Source: Mycobacteriales bacterium (GTDB taxonomy: Bacteria; Actinomycetota; Actinomycetes; JAFAQI01). Taken from it: a DNA stretch of 64,000 bases. Position numbers and translations under genes: made by a program. The first letter of the stretch is position 1. Every line of letters starts with the position of its first letter. Shown here in pieces: positions 37,836-46,956 of the stretch. The notes beneath the pieces were generated by a model. It did not search any database. It was not told the DNA's origin and saw nothing but the letters and a program-made list of their open reading frames with translations. The stretch covers positions 9,881 through 73,880 of the forward strand of contig DASSEX010000081.1 of NCBI GenBank assembly GCA_035695045.1, given 5' to 3'.

Positions 37836-37850
37836 GACGAAGTCGGGTGG

Positions 37851-39248
37851 TCAGTCCTTGGTCGCGAGGTGCAGCTGACGCGCAGCCTCGGTGATGCTTC
37901 CGCTGATCGACGGATAGATGGTGAAGGTCTGCGCGAGCTGGTCGACGGACAGGGAGTTCTGCACGGCCATCGACACCGGCAGGATCAGCTCACTGGCCCG
38001 CGGTGCGACGACGACGCCGCCGAGCACGGTGCCCGTGCCGGGGCGGCAGTAGAGCTTCACGAACCCGTCGAGGACGCCCTGCATCTTCGCGCGCGCGTTG
38101 GTGCCGAGGGGAAGCTTCACCTCGCGGACACCGCCCGACCGATCGTTCTCCACCGTCGTCTGGCCGAGGCCGACCGTCGCAATCTCCGGATCCGTGAACA
38201 CGTTGGCCGCGACATGCCCGAGTCGCAACGGGGTCACTGCGTCACCGAGTGCATGCCACATCGCGATGCGTCCCTGCATGGCCGCCACCGACGCCAGCAG
38301 CAGCACACCCGTGCAGTCACCTGCGGCGTAGATGCCGGGGACCGTCGTGCGCGAGACGCCGTCGACCTGCACGTAGCCGCGTTCGTCGACCGCTACACCG
38401 ACGTCTTCCAGCCCGAGCCCGCGGGTGTTGGGTACGGCGCCGACCGCGACGAGACAGTGACTGCCCTCCACCGTGCCGCCGTCATCGAGCTTCACGACCA
38501 CGCCGTCACCGGTGCGGCTCACACCCGCGGCGCGTGACCTCTTCACGATGCGCATGCCGCGGCGGCCGAACACGTCCTCGATCAACAGCGCCGCGTCGGC
38601 GTCCTCGCTCGGCAGGACGCGATCGCGGCTCGAGACGAGGGTCACCCTGCTGCCCAGGGCGAGGTACGCCGAGGCGAACTCCGCGCCGGTCACGCCGGAT
38701 CCGACGACGACGAGGTGCTCCGGCAGCTGTGGCAGGTCGTAGAGCTGCTGCCACGACAGGATGCGCTCGCCGTCGGGCTCCGAGCCCGGCAGCGTGCGGG
38801 GCGAGCCGCCCGTCGCGACGAGGATCACGTCGGCGTCGTACTTCTCCTCACCGTCGTCGGTCTGCGCCACGAGCTGATGCGCGCCGACGATGCGGCCGGA
38901 CCCGCGCACCACACGCACGCCTTCGCGGGCGACCCGGCGCGCGATGTCGAGCGACTGCGCCAGAGCCAACGCCTTGACCCGTGCGTTGACCCGCGCGAGG
39001 TCGGCGGTGACCTCGTCCTCGGGCTGCGCACCCGATCGCAGCCGCACGCCCAGCGGTTCACTGCACGCGAACGACGTCATCGACTCGCTCGTCGCGATCA
39101 GCGTCTTCGACGGCACGCAGTCGGCGAGCACACACGCGCCGCCGAGGCCGTCGCGGTCGACGACCACCACGTCGGCGCCGAGCTGAGCGGCGACAAGCGC
39201 GGCCTCATAGCCGCCGGGGCCACCACCGAGGATCGCGACGCGGGTCAT
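37851..39248 (-). CDS. lpdA: flavoprotein pyridine nucleotide-disulfide oxidoreductase (LpdA-type NAD(P)H quinone reductase / dihydrolipoamide dehydrogenase family)
   Basis: 465 aa. Contains an N-terminal FAD GxGxxG (ILGGGPGG), a second NAD(P) GxGxxG (VVVGSGVTGAEFA) and a C-terminal dimerisation domain. There is no CxxxxC redox disulfide (CVLADCVPSK is partial). Confidence 0.8.
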   Translation of the reverse strand: MTRVAILGGGPGGYEAALVAAQLGADVVVVDRDGLGGACVLADCVPSKTLIATSESMTSFACSEPLGVRLRSGAQPEDEVTADLARVNARVKALALAQSLDIARRVAREGVRVVRGSGRIVGAHQLVAQTDDGEEKYDADVILVATGGSPRTLPGSEPDGERILSWQQLYDLPQLPEHLVVVGSGVTGAEFASAYLALGSRVTLVSSRDRVLPSEDADAALLIEDVFGRRGMRIVKRSRAAGVSRTGDGVVVKLDDGGTVEGSHCLVAVGAVPNTRGLGLEDVGVAVDERGYVQVDGVSRTTVPGIYAAGDCTGVLLLASVAAMQGRIAMWHALGDAVTPLRLGHVAANVFTDPEIATVGLGQTTVENDRSGGVREVKLPLGTNARAKMQGVLDGFVKLYCRPGTGTVLGGVVVAPRASELILPVSMAVQNSLSVDQLAQTFTIYPSISGSITEAARQLHLATKD

Positions 39249-39285
39249 GACGGCATTCTGCCCAGCCCCGGCCTAGTCTTCCCGG

Positions 39286-39738
39286 GTGGCTCTCTACGCC
39301 GCCTACGGCACCAACCTCGATCCCGACCAGATGCGCGAGCGCTGTCCGCACTCCCCCTCGCGCGGGGCCGGCTGGCTGGTCGGGTGGCGGCTGACGTTCG
39401 GCGGCGAGGACCTGGGCTGGGAAGGCGCGCTCGCGACCGTCGTCGAGGACGCCGGCGACCAGGTGTTCGTGATGGTCTACGACGTCCCGGAGCAGGACGA
39501 GGCGGCGCTGGACAGCTGGGAGGGCGCCGACAGCGGCCTCTACCGCAAGATCCGTGTCCGCGTGCAGACCCTGGCCGGTGACGAGCTGTGCTGGCTCTAC
39601 GTGCTCGACGGCTACGAAGGCGGGCTGCCGTCCGCGCGCTACCTCGGGCTGATGGCCGACGCAGCCGAGAAGGCCGGAGCACCCGACGACTACGTCACGG
39701 CGCTGCGGCGCCGCGCCTGCCGCACGATCGGCCCCTGA
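39286..39738 (+). CDS. gamma-glutamylcyclotransferase-like (AIG2/GGCT fold) protein
   Basis: 150 aa from a GTG start. The N-terminal (V)ALYAAYGTNLDPDQMRERCP matches the GGCT YGSL/N motif region. Confidence 0.65.
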   Translation: MALYAAYGTNLDPDQMRERCPHSPSRGAGWLVGWRLTFGGEDLGWEGALATVVEDAGDQVFVMVYDVPEQDEAALDSWEGADSGLYRKIRVRVQTLAGDELCWLYVLDGYEGGLPSARYLGLMADAAEKAGAPDDYVTALRRRACRTIGP

Positions 39739-39745
39739 CCCGGCG

Positions 39746-39997
39746 GTGTCGGAGCCCGTTCCGTCGGGTATCGCCGAGGGCATGGGAGCAGCACTCATCG
39801 CGCCGGTTGTCGCGCTTCTCGTCCTCGGCCTCATCGCGGCCGCCTACTTCACGCGTGCGGCCAGCAAGCGGCGCCGCGCCGAGGAGACGCTTCCTGACGA
39901 GCCCTACGCCCGCCGCGCGGAGGAGATCCGGCGGCTGCGCACGGACCACGCCGAGTCCGACCCGGCGCACGTGACGCATCCGGCCCGCCGGCCCTAG
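39746..39997 (+). CDS. small hypothetical membrane protein (1 TM, basic tail)
   Basis: 83 aa, or about 71 aa from the internal MGAAL. One hydrophobic helix followed by KRRRAEE. Coding status is uncertain. Confidence 0.35.
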   Translation: MSEPVPSGIAEGMGAALIAPVVALLVLGLIAAAYFTRAASKRRRAEETLPDEPYARRAEEIRRLRTDHAESDPAHVTHPARRP

Positions 39998-41158
39998 CTA
40001 ACCGGCGAGGCAGGCACCCGCGAGGAGCCGCACCCCTACTCCGATGCACCGCTCGTCGACGTCGAACGTCGGCTGGTGCAGGTCGACCGCGTCGAGGTCA
40101 CCCGGTCGTCGTACTCCCAGCCGGGCCAGCGCGCCGGGCACCTTCTCGAGCAGCCATCCGAAGTCCTCGCCACCCAGGCTCTGCTCCGTGTCGCACGCCG
40201 CCATGTCGCCGAGCCCGGCCTTCGCGGCGGCGTGCAGCTCGGCCACGGGAAGCGCATCGTTGACGACCGGAGGCACGCCGCGGGTGTGCGTGATGTCCAC
40301 CTCGACGCCGTACGGCGCCACGACGTCGCGCACCGTCGCGGCGAGCAGCGTGGGCATGGTCTCCCACACGTTGCGGTCCAGCATGCGCAGCGTTCCTCTT
40401 GCGACGCCGCTCCGCGGAATGACGTTGGACGCACTGCCGGCGTGCACCTCACCCCAGACCAGGTTGACGCCGGCGCGCGGATCGACCCGGCGAGCCAGCG
40501 CACCCGGCACCCGGCTGACCATCTCGCCGATCGCGGAGACGAGGTCCGCCGTGCGATGCGGTCGGGCGGTGTGCCCGCCGGGTCCGGTCAACCGCACCTC
40601 GATCTGGTCCGTCGCCGACGTCACCGCACCGACGCGCAGGCCGACCCGGCCGACCTCGATCGACGGGTCGCAGTGGACGGCGAAGACGCGCTCCAGCCCG
40701 TCCAGCCCACCGTGCTCGATCAGCTCCAGCGCACCGCCGGGCATCTTCTCCTCGGCCGGCTGGAACAGCAGCCGCACACCGCGCGGAAGCCGACCGGCGG
40801 CAGCGAGCCCGGCCAGGTAGCGGCCGACCCCCACGACGACGGTGGCGTGCACGTCATGACCGCAGGCGTGGGAGACACCGTCGACCGTGGACCGGTACGC
40901 CGCCGCGGTGCCATCCGTCACCGGCAAGGCGTCGATGTCCGCGCGCAGGCCGACAACGGGGCTCGGCCCGATGTCGCAGATCACCCCGGTGCCGCCCGGC
41001 AGCTTGCGTGGCGAAAGGCCGACGGCGGTCAGCTCGTGGACGATCCGGGCCGTCGTCCGGTGCTCGTGCCATCCCAGCTCGGGATGCGCGTGCAGGTCGC
41101 GGCGCAGCTCGACGAGTGACGCGCCCTCCTCGGCCAGGAACTGGTCGAGCCCGGTCAC
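39998..41158 (-). CDS. M20 family metallopeptidase / amidohydrolase (AmiA/AmiB, N-acyl-amino acid amidohydrolase-like)
   Basis: 386 aa. Metal-binding motifs HACGHD and ...EE.... The starts with LDQFLAEEGASLVELRRDLHAHPELGWHE, typical of the M20D subfamily. Confidence 0.85.
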   Translation of the reverse strand: MTGLDQFLAEEGASLVELRRDLHAHPELGWHEHRTTARIVHELTAVGLSPRKLPGGTGVICDIGPSPVVGLRADIDALPVTDGTAAAYRSTVDGVSHACGHDVHATVVVGVGRYLAGLAAAGRLPRGVRLLFQPAEEKMPGGALELIEHGGLDGLERVFAVHCDPSIEVGRVGLRVGAVTSATDQIEVRLTGPGGHTARPHRTADLVSAIGEMVSRVPGALARRVDPRAGVNLVWGEVHAGSASNVIPRSGVARGTLRMLDRNVWETMPTLLAATVRDVVAPYGVEVDITHTRGVPPVVNDALPVAELHAAAKAGLGDMAACDTEQSLGGEDFGWLLEKVPGALARLGVRRPGDLDAVDLHQPTFDVDERCIGVGVRLLAGACLAG

Positions 41159-42309
41159 GGGGCGACCTGGCCGGCACCCGGCATGCCGTCGCGCATCTCC
41201 TTGAGCAACGAGTCGACGACCGCGGTCAGGTCATCGCCGTTCGCGGCCGCGACCGCGCGCTGGCGTTGAGCGGACGGTCCGATGTCGAGGATCTGCTGCG
41301 CTACCGCGAGCTCCTTGGTGCACCCGAGACGTTCGGCGAAGGGCATGAGGTCGTCGACGAGATCGTCGATGAGATCGCGCAGCGGCGCGGTGCCCCCCTG
41401 GTCGTCGACGAGGATGTCGGCGTCGATGCCGTAGCGAGCGGCGCGCCACTTGTTCTCGCGCACCGTCCAGCGTTTCGGCGTCGGCAGCGTGTATCCCTTG
41501 TCCAGCTGGTTGTTGAACATCTCCACGAGGCACTGCGACAGAGCCGCTGCCCAGCCGACCTCCGTCAACGTCGGCAGCCCGTCGCAGATGCGCAGCTCGA
41601 CGGTGCCGAACTGCGGATGCGGGCGGACGTCCCACCAGACTTCGCGAATCGTCGAGATCGTTCGCGAGGAGATGAGCGTCTCCATGAACTGCTCGAAGTC
41701 GTCCCAGCCCGACAGCTGGTAGGGCAGTCCCGCCGTCGGCAGCCCTTCGAACACCTTCGAGCGTGCGGAGGCGAGTCCGGTGTCGCGGCCGAGCCAGTAC
41801 GGCGAGGACGCGGACAGGGCGAGGAAGTGCGGGATGTACGCCGTCAACGCGTTGACGATGGGGATCGCCTTCTCCGGTGAACGCACACCGACATGGACGT
41901 GCACACCGAAGATCTGCAGCCGCCTGGCCAGCCACTGCATGTCCTCGACCAGCTGTGCGTACCTCGGGTTGGGGCTGATCTGCTGCGTCGACCAGTCGGT
42001 GAACGGGTGGGTCCCCGAGCACATCACTCCAATGCCGCGCGCCGCCGCCGCTGTCGCGACCTGATCGACGGTCGTGCGCAGGTCGTCGAGCGCTTCGTCG
42101 ACCGTGCCGCAGACACCCGTGATGACCTCGATGCACGACTCGAGCAGCTCATGCTTGGCCTTCGGGTGCTCGCCGCCGTATGGCGCACCCAGCTCGGCGA
42201 GGATGTCGCTCGCGGCGCCACGCAGCTCGCGAGTCTGCAGGTCGACCAGCTCGAGCTCCCATTCCACGCCCAGGCTCGACCGCGGCGAGGACGTGAACGG
42301 GATCTGCAC
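41155..42309 (-). CDS. carboxylate-amine ligase, glutamate--cysteine ligase family 2 (YbdK-type)
   Basis: 384 aa. Starts GVEWELELVD..., the GCS2 hallmark, and carries the HVHVGV motif. Its stop overlaps the M20 start (ATGA). Confidence 0.9.
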   Translation of the reverse strand: MQIPFTSSPRSSLGVEWELELVDLQTRELRGAASDILAELGAPYGGEHPKAKHELLESCIEVITGVCGTVDEALDDLRTTVDQVATAAAARGIGVMCSGTHPFTDWSTQQISPNPRYAQLVEDMQWLARRLQIFGVHVHVGVRSPEKAIPIVNALTAYIPHFLALSASSPYWLGRDTGLASARSKVFEGLPTAGLPYQLSGWDDFEQFMETLISSRTISTIREVWWDVRPHPQFGTVELRICDGLPTLTEVGWAAALSQCLVEMFNNQLDKGYTLPTPKRWTVRENKWRAARYGIDADILVDDQGGTAPLRDLIDDLVDDLMPFAERLGCTKELAVAQQILDIGPSAQRQRAVAAANGDDLTAVVDSLLKEMRDGMPGAGQVAP

Positions 42310-42354
42310 GAGGGGACGCTATCGAGGAAACGGCTTCGATTCAGCAGTGACCGA

Positions 42355-42672
42355 TCAGCGTTCGTCGTCCTCGTCGACCATCATGTCGTCGAGGCTGCTC
42401 TCCTCGCCGTCATCGCTCTGGCCCTCTCCGTCGTTCCCCTCGATCCGGTCGCCGGCTTCGTTCTCGCGCTCCCCTTCGGGGACGTCGGCGCCCTCACCCG
42501 TCACGGGCTCCAGGTTGTCGAGTGGTTCGCCCGGCACGTAGCCGTCCTGCTCGGCCTTGTCGCGATGCTCGTCACAGATCGCAATCCAGCCGGTGCCGTC
42601 CTCGCGCACGGCGGTCGCAGTCGCCGCCTCGTCGAAGTCGCCGTAATGACACTTGCCGAGACTGATCTGCAC
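42355..42672 (-). CDS. hypothetical highly acidic small protein with N-terminal Cys/His pairs
   Basis: 105 aa. Starts MQISLGKCHYGDF...IAICDEH, then a run of about 60 residues with more than 40% D/E. No family assigned. Confidence 0.45.
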   Translation of the reverse strand: MQISLGKCHYGDFDEAATATAVREDGTGWIAICDEHRDKAEQDGYVPGEPLDNLEPVTGEGADVPEGERENEAGDRIEGNDGEGQSDDGEESSLDDMMVDEDDER

Positions 42673-42693
42673 GGGGGTGCCTTCCTCGGGTCC

Positions 42694-44274
42694 TCACATG
42701 GCGTCGGCCGGCGTGTACACGCCCCAGATGTCACGAAGCGCGTTGCACACCTCACCCACCGTCGCGCGGGCGCGGAGCGCGTCGCGCATCGGGTAGAGGA
42801 CGTTGTCGTTCCCCTTCGCGGCCCGACGTAACGTGTCGAGTCCGCGCGCGACGTCGTCGGCCGAGCGGTCGGCGCGCAGCGCCGTCAACCGCTTCGCCTG
42901 CTCCTCCTCGATCGCCGGGTCGACCCGCAGCGGTTCGTAGCGCTCGTCGGCCGGCATCTGGTGCTTGTTGACGCCGACCACGACGCGCCAGCCGTTCTCG
43001 ATCTGCTGCGCCGTCGTGTACGCCGCCTGCTCGATCTCCCGCTTCTGGAAGCCCTTCTCGATCGCGGCGACGGCTCCGCCCATCTCCTCGACCTGGCCCA
43101 TCAGCTCGCGAGCAGCTGCCTCGACCTCGTCGGTGAGCTTCTCGACGGCGTACGAGCCCGCGAACGGGTCGACCGTCGCGGTCAGGTCGGTCTCGTTGGC
43201 GAGGACCTGCTGGGTGCGGACGGCGAGCCTCGCCGCCTTCTCCGTCGGGAGGGCGATCGCCTCGTCGAAGGAGTTGGTGTGCAACGACTGCGTGCCGCCG
43301 AGAATCGCGGCGATCGCCTGTGTGGTCACCCGGATCAGGTTGACCTCCGGCTGCTGCGCGGTGAGCTGCACACCAGCGGTCTGGGTGTGGAAGCGCAACA
43401 TCTGCGACTTCGGGTCCTTGGCACCGAACTCGTCGCGCATCACCTCGGCCCAGATCCGCCGGGCGGCGCGGAACTTCGCGACCTCCTCGAGCAGGGTGGT
43501 GCGGGCGACGAAGAAGAACGCCAGCCGGGGCGCGAACTCGTCCACCTGCTGCCCGCTCGCGACGGCCGCGCGGACGTACTCGATGCCGTCCGAGAGCGTG
43601 AACGCGATCTCCTGCGCAGGTGTCGCTCCCGCCTCCGCCATGTGGTAGCCGGAGATCGAGATGGTGTTCCACTTGGGGATCTCCGCCCGGCAGTAGCGGA
43701 AGATGTCGGTGATCAGGCGCAGCGACGGCTTCGGCGGGTAGATGTAGGTGCCGCGAGCGATGTACTCCTTGAGGACGTCGTTCTGGATGGTGCCGGTCAA
43801 GGCCGACGCGGCGACACCCTGCTCCTCGGCGACCAGTTGGTAGAGCAGCAGCAGCACCGCCGCCGGTGCGTTGATCGTCATCGACGTCGAGACCTTGTCG
43901 AGCGGGATCCCGTCGAACAACATCCGCATGTCGTCGATCGAGTCGATCGCGACCCCGACCTTGCCGACCTCGCCGTGCGCGACGGCGTCGTCCGAGTCGT
44001 AGCCCATCTGCGTCGGCAGGTCGAACGCGACGGACAGGCCGGTGCTGCCGGCGGCGACCAGCTGGTGGTAGCGCTCGTTGGACTCGCGAGCGGTGCCGAA
44101 TCCGGCGTACTGGCGGATCGTCCAGGGCCGGCCCGTGTACATCGACGGGTAGACGCCGCGCGTGTAAGGAAACTCCCCCGGACGACCCAACCGAGCGTCG
44201 GCATCCCAGCCGGCCAGAGCCCCGGCGTCGTAGACCGGCTCGATCGGGAAGCCCGACTCCGACTCTCGGGTCAT
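42694..44274 (-). CDS. methylmalonyl-CoA mutase family, catalytic (substrate-binding TIM barrel) subunit lacking the B12-binding domain
   Basis: 526 aa colinear with the MCM/ICM large-subunit N-domain ([29 protein letters not shown] ...). It ends before the DxHxxG cobalamin module. Confidence 0.85.
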   Translation of the reverse strand: MTRESESGFPIEPVYDAGALAGWDADARLGRPGEFPYTRGVYPSMYTGRPWTIRQYAGFGTARESNERYHQLVAAGSTGLSVAFDLPTQMGYDSDDAVAHGEVGKVGVAIDSIDDMRMLFDGIPLDKVSTSMTINAPAAVLLLLYQLVAEEQGVAASALTGTIQNDVLKEYIARGTYIYPPKPSLRLITDIFRYCRAEIPKWNTISISGYHMAEAGATPAQEIAFTLSDGIEYVRAAVASGQQVDEFAPRLAFFFVARTTLLEEVAKFRAARRIWAEVMRDEFGAKDPKSQMLRFHTQTAGVQLTAQQPEVNLIRVTTQAIAAILGGTQSLHTNSFDEAIALPTEKAARLAVRTQQVLANETDLTATVDPFAGSYAVEKLTDEVEAAARELMGQVEEMGGAVAAIEKGFQKREIEQAAYTTAQQIENGWRVVVGVNKHQMPADERYEPLRVDPAIEEEQAKRLTALRADRSADDVARGLDTLRRAAKGNDNVLYPMRDALRARATVGEVCNALRDIWGVYTPADAM

Positions 44275-44286
44275 GATCCGATGCTA

Positions 44287-44301
44287 GTCACGGCCCGTGA
44301 C
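44287..44301. promoter_or_regulatory. perfect palindrome GTCACGG-C-CCGTGAC in divergent promoter region
   Basis: 15-bp inverted repeat in the 44-bp spacer between the mutase gene (-) and the Ser/Thr kinase gene (+). Confidence 0.3.
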
Positions 44302-44318
44302 GGGGTAGGGACGAGGAG

Positions 44319-45347
44319 ATGACCGCCTCAGAGGCGGCGACCCGGCAGCGCCTGGTCGCCGGTCGCTACCGCCTGCACACACCGCTGGGCCGCGGCGGCA
44401 TGGGCGTGGTCTGGGCCGCCGAGGACGAGCTGCTCCAGCGGCCGGTGGCGGTCAAGGAGGTGCGGTTCCCGCCGACGGTCGACGACGAGGAGCGCGACCT
44501 CCTCCGCGAGCGGACCCTGCGGGAGGCACGCACCGCCGCGCGGCTCGACCACCCGTGCGCGGTCCGGGTGTTCGACGTGTGCGACGACAACGAACAGCCG
44601 TTCATCGTCATGGAGCGGCTCGTCGGCCGGACGCTCTCGGACATCGTGAAGAACGACGGGCCCGTCTCCCCTGCGCGGGCAGCCGAGATCGGCATGTGCC
44701 TCGTGGATGCGCTGTCAGCCGCGCATGCGGCGGGCATCGTGCACCGCGACGTCAAGCCCGGCAACGTGGTCGTCGGGGAGGACGGTCGGGTGACCCTCAC
44801 CGACTTCGGCATCGCCTCGACGGCCGGCGATCCGTCGATCACCTCGACCGGCCTGCTGCTCGGCTCGCCGGCGTACATCGCGCCGGAACGTGCGCGTGGC
44901 GGCCGTCCCGAGCCCGCCAGCGACTACTGGTCGCTGGGTGCGACGCTCTACACGGCCGTTGAGGGGCATCCGCCCTTCGACAAGCCGGAGGCGGTCGCGA
45001 CGCTGGCGGCGGTCGTCACCGAGCCACACGAGCCGTGCCGACGCGCGACCGGTTTGCTGTGTGACGCCATCCACGGCCTGCTCGACAAGGACCCGGAGGC
45101 TCGGCCCAGCCGCGACGAGCTGCGCGCGATGTTCGAGACGGTCATCGCGGACCCCGACGCCCAGGTCGCTGCGCCGGTCAGCGTCTCAGCCGCCGAGACC
45201 GACACGGGTGGCCACACCGTGGCCCTCACGCCGACCGACGCGCGGCCGCCGATCACCAGGCGGCAGCGCGTGCTGGCGCTGGCTGCGCTGTCCACCGTCG
45301 TCTTCGTCGTGACCGGCGTCATCTCGGCGATGTTGGCCAGCCACTGA
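44319..45347 (+). CDS. serine/threonine protein kinase with C-terminal TM anchor
   Basis: 342 aa. Contains the GRGGMGVVW glycine loop, VAVK, HRDVKPGNVVV, DFG and APE motifs, and a C-terminal hydrophobic helix. Confidence 0.9.
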   Translation: MTASEAATRQRLVAGRYRLHTPLGRGGMGVVWAAEDELLQRPVAVKEVRFPPTVDDEERDLLRERTLREARTAARLDHPCAVRVFDVCDDNEQPFIVMERLVGRTLSDIVKNDGPVSPARAAEIGMCLVDALSAAHAAGIVHRDVKPGNVVVGEDGRVTLTDFGIASTAGDPSITSTGLLLGSPAYIAPERARGGRPEPASDYWSLGATLYTAVEGHPPFDKPEAVATLAAVVTEPHEPCRRATGLLCDAIHGLLDKDPEARPSRDELRAMFETVIADPDAQVAAPVSVSAAETDTGGHTVALTPTDARPPITRRQRVLALAALSTVVFVVTGVISAMLASH

Positions 45348-45374
45348 GTCGTTCGGCGGTAGCCTGCGCGCAAT

Positions 45375-46481
45375 ATGCGTGCCCGTTTCACTGCGGCTCT
45401 CCTGACTGCCGCCCTCCCGCTCCTCGCCGCCCCGGCGACGGCCGCCGCCGGCGGCGATCCGGTCGGAGGGCCGATGCTCGGCAGCCGCGGTGTGGTGGTC
45501 GACTCGCAGCGTGGAGCGCCGCCGCTGCCGAAGGGGCTGACGGCGGCCTCCTGGCTGGTCGCCGACGCCGACACGGGTGAGGTGCTGGCGGCGAAGGCGC
45601 CCCATGTCCGGCACCTGCCGGCGAGCACGCTGAAGGTGCTGACCGCGATCACGTTGCTTCCACGCCTGGACCCGTCGCAGATGGTGCGGGCCAGCTGGCA
45701 GGACGCGGCCACCGACGGCACGAAGGTCGGTCTCGTCCCCGGCATGAAGTACTCCGTGGACACACTGTTCACCTCGATGCTCGTCGTCTCCGCCAACGAC
45801 GCCGCGGGTGCGCTCGCGGAGGCCGCCGGCGGAATCGGGCCGACCGTTCGACTGATGAACGACACGGCGCGACACCTGCAGGCGGACGACACGAACGCCC
45901 GTACGCCGAGCGGCCTCGACGCGAAGGGCGAGTCCTCCTCGGCGTACGACCTGGCCCTGCTCGGCCGGGCCGGACTGGCGATGCCGGCGTTCCGGCACTA
46001 CATCGGCATCGTCATGGACCACGTACCGGCCCCGCACCACAAGCGCTTCGAGATCTACACGCACGACCAGCTGCTGACGTCGTACCCGGGGATGATCGGC
46101 GGCAAGAACGGTTACACGGTCGCGGCGTCCGCGACGTTCGTCGGCGCTGCCCGCCGGCACGGTCACACCATCCTGGTCACGCTGATGCATGCGCCGCCGT
46201 ACTTCTGGCCGCAGGCGAAGAGTCTGCTCGACTGGGGCTTTGCGGCGGACGGCAAGGTTGTCCCGGTCGGTCAGCTGGTGGAACCGTCGACGGGGAAGAC
46301 GACCACGGTCCCGCAGCACGCGTCGAGAACGACGACCGTGTTCTTGTCCGCCCATCGTCCGAGCAGCCCGGTGGCGAGCTGGCAGCTGCTGGCACTCGCA
46401 GGTTCAGCGGCCGTGGCGGCGACCGTCACCGCACGCCGGATGCGGCGTCGCACACACGCTCTGTCGCTGCCGCCACTCTGA
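45375..46481 (+). CDS. D-alanyl-D-alanine carboxypeptidase (serine-type, class A low-MW PBP)
   Basis: 368 aa with a signal peptide. Carries SxxK (ASTLK), SxN (SAND) and KNG/KTG-like (GGKNG) motifs. Confidence 0.85.
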   Translation: MRARFTAALLTAALPLLAAPATAAAGGDPVGGPMLGSRGVVVDSQRGAPPLPKGLTAASWLVADADTGEVLAAKAPHVRHLPASTLKVLTAITLLPRLDPSQMVRASWQDAATDGTKVGLVPGMKYSVDTLFTSMLVVSANDAAGALAEAAGGIGPTVRLMNDTARHLQADDTNARTPSGLDAKGESSSAYDLALLGRAGLAMPAFRHYIGIVMDHVPAPHHKRFEIYTHDQLLTSYPGMIGGKNGYTVAASATFVGAARRHGHTILVTLMHAPPYFWPQAKSLLDWGFAADGKVVPVGQLVEPSTGKTTTVPQHASRTTTVFLSAHRPSSPVASWQLLALAGSAAVAATVTARRMRRRTHALSLPPL

Positions 46482-46622
46482 CCTAACCGGGACTCCCGGC
46501 AGATTGCCCGACTGGCGGCGAAACCGCCCATCGACGTGTATCGTTCCGCGCAACCTGCGCCTCCCCGGCGCGGGCCGCTCCGACGATCGGCTCGGGGCGA
46601 GGATCGAGCAACTGGGGTCGTT

Positions 46623-46829
46623 GTGGCACAAGGCACAGTCAAGTGGTTCAACTCCGAGAAGGGCTACGGCTTCATCGCCGTGGACGGAGGTAGTGACGTC
46701 TTCGTTCACTACAGCGCAATCCAGATGGACGGCTACAAGTCCCTCGAAGAAGGCCAGCGGGTCGAGTTCGAGGTGACCCAGGGCCAGAAGGGTCCGCAGG
46801 CCGACGCGGTGCGCGCCGTCTCCTCCTGA
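46623..46829 (+). CDS. cspA: cold-shock protein (CspA family)
   Basis: 68 aa from a GTG start. Starts (M)[17 protein letters not shown] with the RNP1 motif, and has VFVHYSAI (RNP2). A 140-nt leader lies upstream. Confidence 0.9.
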   Translation: MAQGTVKWFNSEKGYGFIAVDGGSDVFVHYSAIQMDGYKSLEEGQRVEFEVTQGQKGPQADAVRAVSS

Positions 46830-46846
46830 CGCGTCCCCTTAGGCTT

Positions 46847-46887
46847 CGACGAAGGCCCGCGACCGTGATGGTCGCGGGCCTTCGTCG
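46847..46887 (+). terminator. 17-bp perfect stem-loop immediately downstream of cspA
   Basis: The hairpin is cgacgaaggcccgcgac, loop cgtgatg, then gtcgcgggccttcgtcg. It starts 18 nt after the cspA stop. There is no U-tract, as is common in high-GC genomes. Confidence 0.55.
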
Positions 46888-46949
46888 TGTCGGAGACGCG
46901 CCGATGTCTGTCGTGTCGGAGGCGCGCCGATGTCTGTCGTGTCGCGAGG
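46885..46949. repeat. 26-bp tandem direct repeat (about 2.5 copies)
   Basis: tcgtgtcggagacgcgccgatgtctg is followed directly by tcgtgtcggaggcgcgccgatgtctg and then tcgtgtcgcgagg. It sits downstream of the cspA hairpin. Confidence 0.6.
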
Positions 46950-46956
46950 TTCGCGG

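Noticed and set aside
40076-44322. Long plus-strand ORFs (347 aa and 453 aa) antisense to the M20 amidohydrolase and mutase genes
   Set aside because: Shadow ORFs with Arg/Asp/Gly/Val low-complexity composition.
46885-46949. CRISPR-like array
   Set aside because: There are only about 2.5 copies of a 26-bp repeat with no spacers. No cas genes are present in the window.
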